Shown: positions 10,514-20,370, counted from the first letter of the stretch. The stretch: DNA of 45,311 nt from a virus (IMGVR_UViG_3300015608_002795:64001-109311); one strand, 5' to 3'. Notes: a model not told the origin generated them from the letters alone. Translations and numbers: made by a program.

Positions 10514-11089
10514 ATGATTAGATTTAACATCATTACAGAAGATTCAGTTGACCATTGGCCACATATAGACTTAAATGGTAAAGTTTTACTAGATTTAGGA
10601 TGTGGAAGAGCGGTTGCACATATTGATGAGTTTCAACAAAGTCCAATTTTCTTAGGTGAAAGTGGGGCTAAAAAAGTAATAGGGGTCGATGGAAACCCAG
10701 ATGGTGGACCACTTATAAATGCTTGGAATGGCGAACCAAGTGAAATTGAGAGATTGAAAAGAATTGTAGAAGAAAAGGGTATCAATAAAAATGGTAAATA
10801 CACATTTATATGGAAGATGATTCAAACACCAGAGGACTTAAAAACTTTAATATCAAATAATGGAATCACAGCAATTAAATGTGATATTGAAGGATATGAG
10901 ACGAATTTCTACACATTAACAAAAGAAGATATGAATACTGTTGAGGTATTTGCCTTAGAATACCACACATATGATATCTTGGATAGATTTAGAGAAAAAT
11001 TTGAGGAATGGGGGTTCACAGTTTATGCGGAAGGTAAATTCACTTACGTAGATGCACCACAAGCGGGTGTTTTATTAGCAAAAAAATAA
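10514..11089 (+). CDS. SAM-dependent methyltransferase-like protein (FkbM-like)
   Basis: LLDLGCG, VIGVD, IKCDIEGYE. Confidence 0.6.
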   Translation: MIRFNIITEDSVDHWPHIDLNGKVLLDLGCGRAVAHIDEFQQSPIFLGESGAKKVIGVDGNPDGGPLINAWNGEPSEIERLKRIVEEKGINKNGKYTFIWKMIQTPEDLKTLISNNGITAIKCDIEGYETNFYTLTKEDMNTVEVFALEYHTYDILDRFREKFEEWGFTVYAEGKFTYVDAPQAGVLLAKK

Positions 11090-11097
11090 ATATAGTT

Positions 11098-11709
11098 ATG
11101 GAATTAAAAGAAGCTTGGGAAATATCAAGAAAGTTTATTACAGAATATACCGGAAAAGAACCAGGTACAATTGGTGAGAGAAATACAACACAATATGACG
11201 TTGATAAGGGAAGCGTGCATAGTTATCTTGAGACCTACCATGACCATTTTAATAAATATTTAGGTAGACCTATTAATATTCTCGAAATTGGAATTTCGGG
11301 AGGATGGAGCCTATATATGTGGAAACAATATTTTGGAAAAAGTAGCAATGTTGTTGGTATTGATATTGATCCATATAATTTAATTTGGAAAGATGAGAAT
11401 AAAGAAGTAAAAATGATATTTTCTGATATCAATGATATGGATAGAATTAGCTCAGAGCTTGGTGATATGAGATTTGATATAATCATTGATGATGGTAGTC
11501 ATGTAACAGAAGATATGATAAATACATTTTATTTCTTATTTGGTAGATTAAATGAGGGTGGTACTTATGTCATGGAAGATGTTGATGGAAACTATCCTGA
11601 TAGAGTCCAATCAATAATGGATAAACTTTCAGAACACTCTCCGGTGTTAGTAGATTTAAGAAAGGTTAAAGAAAGATATGATGATATACTAATCATATTT
11701 AAAAAATAA
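11098..11709 (+). CDS. Class I SAM-dependent O-methyltransferase
   Basis: HSYLETY, ILEIGISGGWS, VVGIDID, FDIIIDDGSH, LNEGGTYVMED. Confidence 0.85.
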   Translation: MELKEAWEISRKFITEYTGKEPGTIGERNTTQYDVDKGSVHSYLETYHDHFNKYLGRPINILEIGISGGWSLYMWKQYFGKSSNVVGIDIDPYNLIWKDENKEVKMIFSDINDMDRISSELGDMRFDIIIDDGSHVTEDMINTFYFLFGRLNEGGTYVMEDVDGNYPDRVQSIMDKLSEHSPVLVDLRKVKERYDDILIIFKK

Positions 11710-11716
11710 AAGATAA

Positions 11717-12970
11717 ATGATGAAGATAGGATTTATAGGACTCGGCAAATTAGGATTACCTTGTGCACTAGCCATCGAACAAAAAGGGCACAAGATTTAT
11801 GGATATGATATCAATCCATCGGTTAAAGACATTTTAGATGAAAAAAAACTTCCGTATAGAGAAGAAGGTGCTCAAGAATTATTAGATAATCACAATATAA
11901 AATGGGGAACAGCTTCAGAAGTAATATCTAATTCAGATATTATATTTGTTCCGATTCAGACACCACACCATCCAAAGTATGAGGGGTCAACAAGGATACC
12001 TGAAGAAAGAATAGACTTTGATTATACTTGGTTAAAAAATGGTATGAAATTAATCTCTGATGAAGTTGAGAAAATTGGAACTGATAAAATTGTAGTTATT
12101 ATATCAACTGTTTTACCAGGTACTATTAGAAATGAGATTAAACCATTGTTAAGTAATCATATTAAGCTATGTTATAATCCATTTTTTATTGCTATGGGTA
12201 CAACAATTAGAGATTTTACATCTCCTGAGTTTGTTCTATTTGGTGTAGATGATGATGAAGCCTACGAAGTAGTTAAAAAATTCTACTCAACAATACATAG
12301 TAAACCAGTGTATAAATGTACACTTGAAGAAGCCGAAATGATAAAAGTTACTTATAACACCTATATAACAATGAAGGTTTGCTTAGCAAATACTGTTATG
12401 GAATTATCACATAAACTTGAGAATATAAATTGTGATAATGTTATGAAGGGGTTATTCTTAGCAAATGAAAGGTTAATAAGTCCTAAATATTTATTAGGTG
12501 GAATGGGAGATGGTGGTGGTTGTCATCCTAGAGATAACATAGCCCTTTCTTGGTTAGCAAGAAAAGTTGACTTAAGTTTTGATTGGTATGATAACCTAAT
12601 GAATTGCCGGGAAATGCAAACTGAGTGGTTAGGCGATATAATAATTGAAGAAAGAGAAAAAAATAATTTGCCAATAATTATACTTGGTAAAACATTTAAA
12701 AAAGAAACTAATCTTATATTAGGAAGTCCGTCAATACTATTAAAGAACATTTTAGAAGAAAAGGGAATTAAATTAGAAATGTATGATCCTTGGATTGATA
12801 ATGAGGAAGCTCCTTTAAATAGACCTAGTATATTTTTCATTGGTACGAATCATGATATTTTTTTAGATTATAAATTTCCAGTAGGTTCGACGGTAATTGA
12901 TCCTTGGAGATTTATTAAAGAACAAACAGGTGTTAGATTAATAAAAATAGGAAACTCTACAAAAGATTAA
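11717..12970 (+). CDS. ugd: UDP-glucose/GDP-mannose 6-dehydrogenase family protein
   Basis: IGFIGLGKLG, FVPIQTP, ISTVLPGT, YNPFF, AEMIKVTYN, GGGCHPRD (catalytic Cys), LGKTFK. Confidence 0.88.
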   Translation: MMKIGFIGLGKLGLPCALAIEQKGHKIYGYDINPSVKDILDEKKLPYREEGAQELLDNHNIKWGTASEVISNSDIIFVPIQTPHHPKYEGSTRIPEERIDFDYTWLKNGMKLISDEVEKIGTDKIVVIISTVLPGTIRNEIKPLLSNHIKLCYNPFFIAMGTTIRDFTSPEFVLFGVDDDEAYEVVKKFYSTIHSKPVYKCTLEEAEMIKVTYNTYITMKVCLANTVMELSHKLENINCDNVMKGLFLANERLISPKYLLGGMGDGGGCHPRDNIALSWLARKVDLSFDWYDNLMNCREMQTEWLGDIIIEEREKNNLPIIILGKTFKKETNLILGSPSILLKNILEEKGIKLEMYDPWIDNEEAPLNRPSIFFIGTNHDIFLDYKFPVGSTVIDPWRFIKEQTGVRLIKIGNSTKD

Positions 12971-12971
12971 T

Positions 12972-13904
12972 ATGAATATTTTAGTAACTGGTGGTGCAGG
13001 ATTTTTCGGATCTAAATTGGCCGAAAAACTATTAGAAAAAGGATACAATGTGACCGTATATGATAAATTGATGTATGATAATAAGGTATCTGAAAAATTT
13101 ACAAGTAACAAAAATTATAGGTTGATTGTTGGTGATGTAACAGACCATCCTAAATTAGAGCATGTAATAATGAATAATGACATTGTTGTTCATTTAGCAG
13201 CACTGGTAGGTGAGCCTGTATGTAAAAGAAATAAGGATATCATTTATGATATAAATACTTTATCAACACAATTTATATCAGATGTTTGTAAAAACAATAA
13301 TAAGCAACTTGTGTTTTTAAGCACTTGTTCAAACTATGGTAAAAATAGTGATATTGTAAATGAAAAATCAGAATTAAATCCATTAGGACTATATTCTGAT
13401 TCTAAAATCAAATCTGAAAATTATATAATAGATAACTTAGAGTCACATCTCATTTTAAGATGTGCTACACTATTTGGAATTTCTCATAGAATGAGAATTG
13501 ATCTTACTATAAATCAATTCATATTTGAAGGTATTAGAGATGGGTACATCGGTATTTTTGGTGAAATGACATGGAGGCCATTCTTATATGTTGATGATGC
13601 TTGTAATATGATAATTTTAGCAGTTGAAAATAAGTTACAAGGAGTTTATAACCTTGGAGATGATTCACTAAACTTCACAAAAAGAGATATAGTTGATAAT
13701 TTGAAGAAATGTGGAATGAACTTTGATATAAAGTTCGTAGACTTTGATGATCCAAGAGATTATAGAGTTGATTTTTCAAAGATTAAGTCCGCTCTAAATT
13801 ACACTATACAATTTCCTTTGGATAAAGGAATAGAATGTGTAAGGGAATACATGATAAATAATTGGGATTCCTTATCTAAGGATCTTACAATTACTAATAA
13901 TTAA
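12972..13904 (+). CDS. NAD-dependent epimerase/dehydratase (extended SDR)
   Basis: ILVTGGAGFFG, VVHLAALVG, FLSTCSNYG, LYSDSK, WRPFLYVDD. Confidence 0.9.
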   Translation: MNILVTGGAGFFGSKLAEKLLEKGYNVTVYDKLMYDNKVSEKFTSNKNYRLIVGDVTDHPKLEHVIMNNDIVVHLAALVGEPVCKRNKDIIYDINTLSTQFISDVCKNNNKQLVFLSTCSNYGKNSDIVNEKSELNPLGLYSDSKIKSENYIIDNLESHLILRCATLFGISHRMRIDLTINQFIFEGIRDGYIGIFGEMTWRPFLYVDDACNMIILAVENKLQGVYNLGDDSLNFTKRDIVDNLKKCGMNFDIKFVDFDDPRDYRVDFSKIKSALNYTIQFPLDKGIECVREYMINNWDSLSKDLTITNN

Positions 13905-13913
13905 AAATATTTT

Positions 13914-14693
13914 ATGATACACGGATCATTCGGAGGCAGAATGGGAAACCAGATGTTTCAATATGCAATAGCTCGTATAATAGCAGAAAAAAATGGATAT
14001 AAATTTTATCTTCCAAATGTTGGTGAACCCCCTTTTCCACATCCTGAAGATCCAAATCATCATCTATATAACTACTTTCCTAATTTAGATCGTGGAGAAA
14101 TAGATGGTGGATTATTATATCAGTATCAAGAAAATCCTCAACAAATATTTGATCCAAATATTTTTAGTATTCCTAATTTTACAAGAATATATGGATACTA
14201 TCAAACTGAAAAATATTTTGACGGATTTGAAGATAAATTAAAGGAGTGGTTTAGGTTAGATATGGATAATGTAACAAAAGGACTATTGGAAAGATATCCG
14301 GTCGAGGATTATTGTTATATACATTTTAGAGTTCATGTATTTGGTGAGGGACAAACTTATATTTCACTTAAATTTTATTTAGATGCTATTGAAAAAGTTA
14401 AAGAAATAAATCCTAATATCAAAATATTAGTAATCACAGAAGATGTAGATATTACAAAAAATGTATTTAAAGATGTAGAGTGTGAAGTTATATCTAATGA
14501 TATGATGGTTGATTATAAACTATTATTTTATTCTAAATACTGTATTATATCACCTTCTACCTTCTCTTGGTGGGCCGCTTGGCTCAGTGATAAATATATC
14601 ACGGTAGCTCCTGAAAATTGGATTTACTATGATAAACCAGAAAATGGATGCTTCCCGGCAGATGTTAAAAGTAATAAGTTTATATATGTCTAA
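13914..14693 (+). CDS. GT11 alpha-1,2-fucosyltransferase-like (copy 2)
   Basis: GRMGNQMFQYA, GYYQTEKYF, IHFR, STFSWWAAWL. Confidence 0.9.
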   Translation: MIHGSFGGRMGNQMFQYAIARIIAEKNGYKFYLPNVGEPPFPHPEDPNHHLYNYFPNLDRGEIDGGLLYQYQENPQQIFDPNIFSIPNFTRIYGYYQTEKYFDGFEDKLKEWFRLDMDNVTKGLLERYPVEDYCYIHFRVHVFGEGQTYISLKFYLDAIEKVKEINPNIKILVITEDVDITKNVFKDVECEVISNDMMVDYKLLFYSKYCIISPSTFSWWAAWLSDKYITVAPENWIYYDKPENGCFPADVKSNKFIYV

Positions 14694-15387
14694 AATAGAT
14701 TTACCAAATATTACATTAGTTAGTATAACCTCTATTAGGTTAAATACCACAGTCAAAGCACTTAAAAAGTCGATGAGTGGTATTAATTTTGGATCGGTTA
14801 AACTATTTACTGATGTTGATGTCGTTGATAATGAAATCGAGGTTGTTAAAGTTCCAAAAATGGATATTATTGAATATAACAGATTTGTCATCTATGAATT
14901 ACATAAGTATATAGATACCGATTTTGCATTACAGATACAAGATGATGGATATGTAGTAAATCCTGATATGTGGAGAGATGATTTTTTACATTATGATTAT
15001 ATAGGAGCTCCTTGGGGGTTCACTTGTTTCTATGATAAGTATGGTCAACAAATAAAAGTCGGAAATGGAATTTCGATTAGGAGTAAAAGATTAATGGAGT
15101 TACCAACCTTAAAAAATATGCCATGGCATCCACATGATGGAAATTATAATGAGGATGCTCAAATATGTATTTGGAATAGAAGTCTGTTTCTTGATAATGG
15201 TATGACATTTGCACCATTTGAATTGGCAAAATACTTCTCACATGAGGAGAAACTAATTGAGTCTTTTAAAGACGGCAAAAGGACGCTTATAACACCACAA
15301 GGCGTAGAGTATGGTGATATCAAGCCATTTTGCTTTCATAATCTTTTGGGTGGAGAAAATAACGCACAATATAAAATATATGAATAA
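14686..15387 (+). CDS. DUF5672-like putative glycosyltransferase (copy 2); start moved to ATG 14686
   Basis: IQDDGYV, YDYIGAPW, VGNG, NEDAQI, AKYFSHE. The N-terminus aligns with copy 1 from ATG 14686, which overlaps the upstream TAA. Confidence 0.8.
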   Translation: MSKIDLPNITLVSITSIRLNTTVKALKKSMSGINFGSVKLFTDVDVVDNEIEVVKVPKMDIIEYNRFVIYELHKYIDTDFALQIQDDGYVVNPDMWRDDFLHYDYIGAPWGFTCFYDKYGQQIKVGNGISIRSKRLMELPTLKNMPWHPHDGNYNEDAQICIWNRSLFLDNGMTFAPFELAKYFSHEEKLIESFKDGKRTLITPQGVEYGDIKPFCFHNLLGGENNAQYKIYE

Positions 15388-16144
15388 AATAATTGTTGGA
15401 TATACTGGTTTAGTTGGTCAAACATTATTAGATAATATAAAGTTTGACTATTTTTTTAATAGTTCAAATATTAATGAATTTGAGTCAATTGTTAATGATG
15501 GTGATGAATTAGTATTAACTTGCCTATCCTCTAATAAAAGAATAGTTACTCAAAATGTTAAACAAGATTTAGATAATATTAACAATATTATAAATATTCT
15601 TTCTAGAAAGAAATATTCTAACATCAAACTTATATCAACAGTAGACGTTTATAGTGACTCACCAAAGGGTAGTAACGAAGACTATATACCAAACATATTT
15701 AAACTTGGATACGGATCAAATAGATATCTATTTGAGATGATGATACGTGAGTTTGTTAAGTGTGATGATTTAAAAATATTTAGACTAGCTGCTTTGTTTA
15801 ATAAAAAAATAAAGAAAAACGTACTTTATGATCTATTAAATGGTACACCATTTGAAATAAATGAGAATTCTACTTTTCAATGGTATAATTTGGATAACCT
15901 ATTTTCGGATATTGAGTATCTATCTAATAAATATTCAGATCAAAAGGTATTTAATTTATTTAATGAACCAATAGAAACAGTTGACCTAATAAACCTTTTT
16001 GGTAAAACAGATTGTAAAATTATCAAGGGAGATAGAATGGATTACAATTATAAAACTAAATTTTCAAATAGTGGATATTTAAAACAACAAGATGAAGTTT
16101 TAATAGAATTAAAAGAATTTATAGAAAAATATGATAATATCTAA
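15380..16144 (+). CDS. Atypical NAD(P)-binding SDR/epimerase-like protein; start moved to ATG 15380
   Basis: IVGYTGLVG, LISTVDVY, YGSNR, IFRLAALF. Confidence 0.7.
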   Translation: MNKIIVGYTGLVGQTLLDNIKFDYFFNSSNINEFESIVNDGDELVLTCLSSNKRIVTQNVKQDLDNINNIINILSRKKYSNIKLISTVDVYSDSPKGSNEDYIPNIFKLGYGSNRYLFEMMIREFVKCDDLKIFRLAALFNKKIKKNVLYDLLNGTPFEINENSTFQWYNLDNLFSDIEYLSNKYSDQKVFNLFNEPIETVDLINLFGKTDCKIIKGDRMDYNYKTKFSNSGYLKQQDEVLIELKEFIEKYDNI

Positions 16145-16913
16145 ATTACAAGGCGGGTTAGGAAACCAACTATTTCAATGGGCAGCGGCTCGATCATATT
16201 CAGATGTTCATAATTGTGAACATAAATTTGACACATCTTTTTATCCTTATCAAAATTTTAGGCAACTTGAATTATATAATTTTGAAAACCTAACGTTTAG
16301 TACTATAAATAGATTTGATATTGGAAAACCAATTATAGAAATAAATGATAATTATCACTTTCAAGAATTACCATATGTTAATGACTGTGTAGTTTTTTTA
16401 AATGGATTTTGGCAAAGTGAAAAATATTTTATTAAATCACAAAATATAATACGAAAAGAACTATCACCTGATGAAGAAACATTAAGTAGGCTAAAGAGGA
16501 CACCATTATTGGAAACCAACACACTATCCTTGCATATAAGGAGAACGGATTACGTAAGTTCTAATGGATATCATCCAGTTCAACCAATAAGTTATTACGA
16601 AGAAGCTATAAACATAATCGGAGACTATGACTTTATATTTGTTTTTTCTGACGATATTGAATGGTGTATGAATAATTTGAAATTCAAAAATATGATATTT
16701 ATGGGGGGATCTACTGGATTTTCTAATGTAGAAGAAATGTGGTTAATGTCTATGTGTAAAAATCATATAATAGCTAATAGTTCATTTAGTTGGTGGGGAG
16801 CTTGGTTAAATAGTAACCCAAATAAAAAGGTAGTGGCTCCATTAAATTGGTTTGGTAGTCATACAAATATAAATGATTCAGATATTGTTCCTGACTCATG
16901 GATAAAAATTTAA
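16131..16913 (+). CDS. GT11 alpha-1,2-fucosyltransferase-like (copy 3, WbsJ/FutC-type)
   Basis: GGLGNQLFQ, GFWQSEKYF, LHIRRTDY, FSDDIEW, HIIANSSFSWWGAWL, IVPDSWIKI. Confidence 0.93.
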   Translation: MIISKLQGGLGNQLFQWAAARSYSDVHNCEHKFDTSFYPYQNFRQLELYNFENLTFSTINRFDIGKPIIEINDNYHFQELPYVNDCVVFLNGFWQSEKYFIKSQNIIRKELSPDEETLSRLKRTPLLETNTLSLHIRRTDYVSSNGYHPVQPISYYEEAINIIGDYDFIFVFSDDIEWCMNNLKFKNMIFMGGSTGFSNVEEMWLMSMCKNHIIANSSFSWWGAWLNSNPNKKVVAPLNWFGSHTNINDSDIVPDSWIKI

Positions 16914-16919
16914 AATAAT

Positions 16920-17798
16920 ATGTCAATAAAAGTAGCCTTCGCAGATTTTTGGGGTGGGTTTAACTATAATCCAGATATAAATGTTAATAGTAAAGAGATG
17001 TATTATGGGGATAATACATTATATGACATTCTATCCGAAAGGTATGATATAGAAACTTCTACCAACCCAGATGTTTTAATCTACAGCGTTTTTGGAAATT
17101 CACATACACAATATAGTTGTAAAAAGGTATTTTATACTGGAGAAAATATGAGACCTAATTACAACCAATGTGATTACTCATTGACATTTGATTATCTAGA
17201 TGATGAAAGAAACTATAGATTCCCACTATCAGCAATTACCTTATATGAGTCTGGTATAAGAGATAAGTTTCCAAAAGAAATTGATTTTGATAAAATAAAA
17301 AAAGAAAAGACAAAGTTCTGCAATTTTGTATTTTCAAATCCAAATGCACAATTAAGAAATCAACTATTTTATGAATTATCAAAATATAAGCAAGTTGATT
17401 CTGGTGGACGAGCACTTAATAATATTGGGTATGCCGTTAGTGATAAATTAGAATTTATTAACAATTATAAATTTACCATTTGCTTTGAAAATAGTGAATA
17501 TCCAGGATATACAACTGAAAAATTAGTGCATCCTAAGTTAAAAAATAGTATTCCTATATATTGGGGAAATCCAAGAGTTGGTGAGGATTGGAATACAAAG
17601 TCATTTATCAATGCTTATGATTTTAAAGATATCAACTCTCTCATTGATTATATTAAAGAGGTAGATAATGATGATAATTTATATGAGAATATTTTAAAGG
17701 AAAGTCATTTTTTAGATGATAAATTACCACATGATTTAGATACTAATAATTTATTAGATTTTTTTGAAAAAATATTTAAAAATGAAAAAAAGCATTGA
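16920..17798 (+). CDS. GT10 alpha-1,3/4-fucosyltransferase-like
   Basis: FYTGEN, KFCNFVFSNP, VDSGG, YKFTICFENS..PGYTTEK, IPIYWG. Confidence 0.92.
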   Translation: MSIKVAFADFWGGFNYNPDINVNSKEMYYGDNTLYDILSERYDIETSTNPDVLIYSVFGNSHTQYSCKKVFYTGENMRPNYNQCDYSLTFDYLDDERNYRFPLSAITLYESGIRDKFPKEIDFDKIKKEKTKFCNFVFSNPNAQLRNQLFYELSKYKQVDSGGRALNNIGYAVSDKLEFINNYKFTICFENSEYPGYTTEKLVHPKLKNSIPIYWGNPRVGEDWNTKSFINAYDFKDINSLIDYIKEVDNDDNLYENILKESHFLDDKLPHDLDTNNLLDFFEKIFKNEKKH

Positions 17799-17910
17799 AG
17801 ATAAATTAATGGAGATTCTTTCTGAAGAACTATCAGCAAGCATTGATAGGGAAATAATGAAGGGGTTGATCCCTTCTATAAGAAAGGAAAAAATTAAAAA
17901 TGTAATTAAA
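17782..17910 (+). CDS. 42-aa micro-protein (not in ORF track) with a gp23 major-capsid-like helix and a C-terminal RKEKIKK tag
   Basis: Manual translation: MKKSIEDKLMEILSEELSASIDREIMKGLIPSIRKEKIKKCN*. The ATG overlaps the GT10 end, and the ORF fills the gap up to the convergent gene. Confidence 0.65.
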
Positions 17911-17914
17911 AAGA

Positions 17915-18514
17915 TTAAATCTTCTGAATGATTCTTGGAACGGTTTCAAGTTCCATTACTTTAGATTTATTAAGTAAAAATTCAATTTGTACAAAGTTAA
18001 ATTTAAAGGTTAACGTAAATTCTTTAGGATTAACTTTTTGTTGTGAGTAATCAAAATTAACCTCGCTTAGTGATAGAGCGATAATTTCAAAAAATTTAAT
18101 TACATAAATAGCATCACGATGTATATCAACAGCAGTTATTGTAAATGGATTAATATACATGTTAATAACATCTAAATAGTGCTTCTGAAAGATATCAAAT
18201 ACTAACCAATAATTTAAGTCAGAATCAACTGATCTAAAAGTAACTTGAAACTCTCTGGTAGAAACAATATCATTAACGTTTGTAGCAGGTTTATAAGACC
18301 TTTTTTTACCTCGTATTAAAGATTGCTCAGGTGTTTGAATACTAAGTCCTGGGAAATTAACAGATTTAATTGTAGAGTTAATATAATCAATTACGTTCTC
18401 ATACTGCACCCAATTCTTTTCTAGAATTGGAGTATAGGTGTTAATAATTTCCTGGGGTAAGAAATCACTTGGTAGATTAAATATAAACTGCGACGATTGA
18501 CTCGATAACCTCAT
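17915..18514 (-). CDS. T4 gp3-like tail tube terminator/tail completion protein (tail-tube fold)
   Basis: SVNFPGLS..TP, FQVTF..DSDLNY, SLSEVNFDYS and FTLTFKFN resemble the gp3 family; lies in a late operon. Confidence 0.6.
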   Translation of the reverse strand: MRLSSQSSQFIFNLPSDFLPQEIINTYTPILEKNWVQYENVIDYINSTIKSVNFPGLSIQTPEQSLIRGKKRSYKPATNVNDIVSTREFQVTFRSVDSDLNYWLVFDIFQKHYLDVINMYINPFTITAVDIHRDAIYVIKFFEIIALSLSEVNFDYSQQKVNPKEFTLTFKFNFVQIEFLLNKSKVMELETVPRIIQKI

Positions 18515-18516
18515 TT

Positions 18517-20370
18517 TTAAACAATATTTTGATTTGTATCAGCAGTAATAGTTACAAAGGAGGCTGTTGATCCTGTGTCACTAACAATAGTTGTGACTGT
18601 CTTCCTTGTTACAACTGCAGTTTCAGATGCTAATACATCTTGGTTTCCAGCAAATGGGAAATCACTACCTGGTACTAAATTTTGCTGGTCTATAGATTGA
18701 GCTTGATTTAATTCACCAACATTATCTAATGAGTCATATATTTTATATAATCCACTATAAATTACACTGGATGTGTTTTGTTGAGTGGATATTATATAGA
18801 ACACATTAACACCAGAATCATATATTCTTCTAACATCATTAATTTTACCAGATACTAATTTAAATACTAAAAATCCTTTTGATAAATCTATTTCTCCTGA
18901 CTCGGAAAATAAAGTTGCTTCTGTAGATATATTTTGATTTTTGATCACCAATTTAATCTCACCCATGTTTGTTAAATCCATGTATTCAATTTTACCTTCA
19001 GATATTTGATTTGCTAAAATAAATTTGATAACATTATCAAATGGATAAATGGTTATCATGATTTTACCTATTCCAAAAAATGTAGTGCTATTAACTGTAG
19101 AGTTTTCTGATTTTGCAACAATGTTATATTTATCAATTAATACTGGATATGGAACCTTAATAGTCTCAACGACCAGGTTGTTGGTGCTTTGGTTGTTAGT
19201 TGGTGTCGTACTTATACTATTTTTTAGGTTGTATATTTTTGGTTTATTTGCATTGGTTAAATTAATCTTCATTAATTGGAGACTATATTTTGAAACCTGA
19301 TCCTGCAACATACCATAAGATGCCCTTCTTGTTATTTGTGACATATCTACCGCATCTATTAAGTTCATTTCTATATCTATAATAGCAGTTGTAGTTGAAT
19401 ATTTTATAATAGGTCTGTATTCTACTTTGGTTAGAAAGTCATCAGTAACAACAATTTTCATTGACTTACCTCGAATATTTTGTTCATACATAGTTATATT
19501 ATATTCTACATAATATCGATTTCCATTATATACGGATCTATTCATGAAGTCATTAAAATCTCCGATGTTATCATTATAAACACCATATATTTCAAAAAAA
19601 TCACCATTGATAGATTCTGCTACTCTAACACCAATTTTTTCAAATTCCGGTGACTGTGGTATTGTTATCGTATTTTTGGTATTTAGTGTATAAGTTGTTA
19701 CAGAATTGACTGTGCTTTTACTCGTTATAAATTGAAAGTCTAAAAATATTGGTGAATTTAGATCAAATCCAACCCCAGATGTTAGGTTATAGTTTATCGT
19801 ATTATCCTTTATGACACCATTTGTTCTTTGATTTGCCAACGCATATAATGATGGTATTTCAATAGATATTTGTTTACCCCACAATTTTTCTTGAAAGAAA
19901 AGTGGGGGATTAGTATATCCCATTATATCCTTATTTGGTTCAGTTCCTACTTGGTCTAGATTTGTTATATCATAATAAAAATTAGATAAATCATAGGTCT
20001 TTCTAAGTGTTACATCAAATGCATAAACTCTTAAGTAATATCCTAGATATTCACCGAATGTGTAGTTTATCGGAAGGTGAACTTTTATAATATCATGTCT
20101 GATAGGAAATCCACTTGCAAAATCTTTAACCTGTAAGAAAGAATACAAAGAGGTATCAAATTTACCATAAGTATTATTAACCAAATCAATTGGAAATAAC
20201 GTGTTTAAAGATGTGTTTAATGTGCCACTAACATCATTTGCTATGTAGTTGTAGTTACCATTCTTTATATTAACACCAACTTTATATGATTCTCCTATTA
20301 AATTACCGTCATCATATATGTACTCAATTAATATATTTTTATCTACCTTAATGTATTTAGATATCCTCAT
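18517..20370 (-). CDS. Hypothetical 617-aa beta-rich protein, probably virion structural
   Basis: Long ORF directly behind a late-type promoter and co-oriented 2 nt upstream of the gp3-like gene; no recognised motif. Confidence 0.5.
   Translation of the reverse strand: MRISKYIKVDKNILIEYIYDDGNLIGESYKVGVNIKNGNYNYIANDVSGTLNTSLNTLFPIDLVNNTYGKFDTSLYSFLQVKDFASGFPIRHDIIKVHLPINYTFGEYLGYYLRVYAFDVTLRKTYDLSNFYYDITNLDQVGTEPNKDIMGYTNPPLFFQEKLWGKQISIEIPSLYALANQRTNGVIKDNTINYNLTSGVGFDLNSPIFLDFQFITSKSTVNSVTTYTLNTKNTITIPQSPEFEKIGVRVAESINGDFFEIYGVYNDNIGDFNDFMNRSVYNGNRYYVEYNITMYEQNIRGKSMKIVVTDDFLTKVEYRPIIKYSTTTAIIDIEMNLIDAVDMSQITRRASYGMLQDQVSKYSLQLMKINLTNANKPKIYNLKNSISTTPTNNQSTNNLVVETIKVPYPVLIDKYNIVAKSENSTVNSTTFFGIGKIMITIYPFDNVIKFILANQISEGKIEYMDLTNMGEIKLVIKNQNISTEATLFSESGEIDLSKGFLVFKLVSGKINDVRRIYDSGVNVFYIISTQQNTSSVIYSGLYKIYDSLDNVGELNQAQSIDQQNLVPGSDFPFAGNQDVLASETAVVTRKTVTTIVSDTGSTASFVTITADTNQNIV

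Noticed and set aside
9567-14891. Antisense ORFs 9567-9788, 11235-11486, 12523-12840 and 14550-14891
   Set aside because: They are shadows of well-supported + strand genes, with I/L/S/F-biased composition and no motifs
2-17798. Glycan cluster as a DNA hypermodification system
   Set aside because: The GT families seen are glycan/protein types, with no hydroxymethylase or T4 alpha/beta-glucosyltransferase-like gene in the window; not excluded without nucleoside analysis
2-17798. Bacterial chromosome O-antigen locus
   Set aside because: It is contiguous with T4-like tail, neck and SSB genes with similar composition and gene packing; a chimeric join near 17.9 kb should still be checked by read mapping
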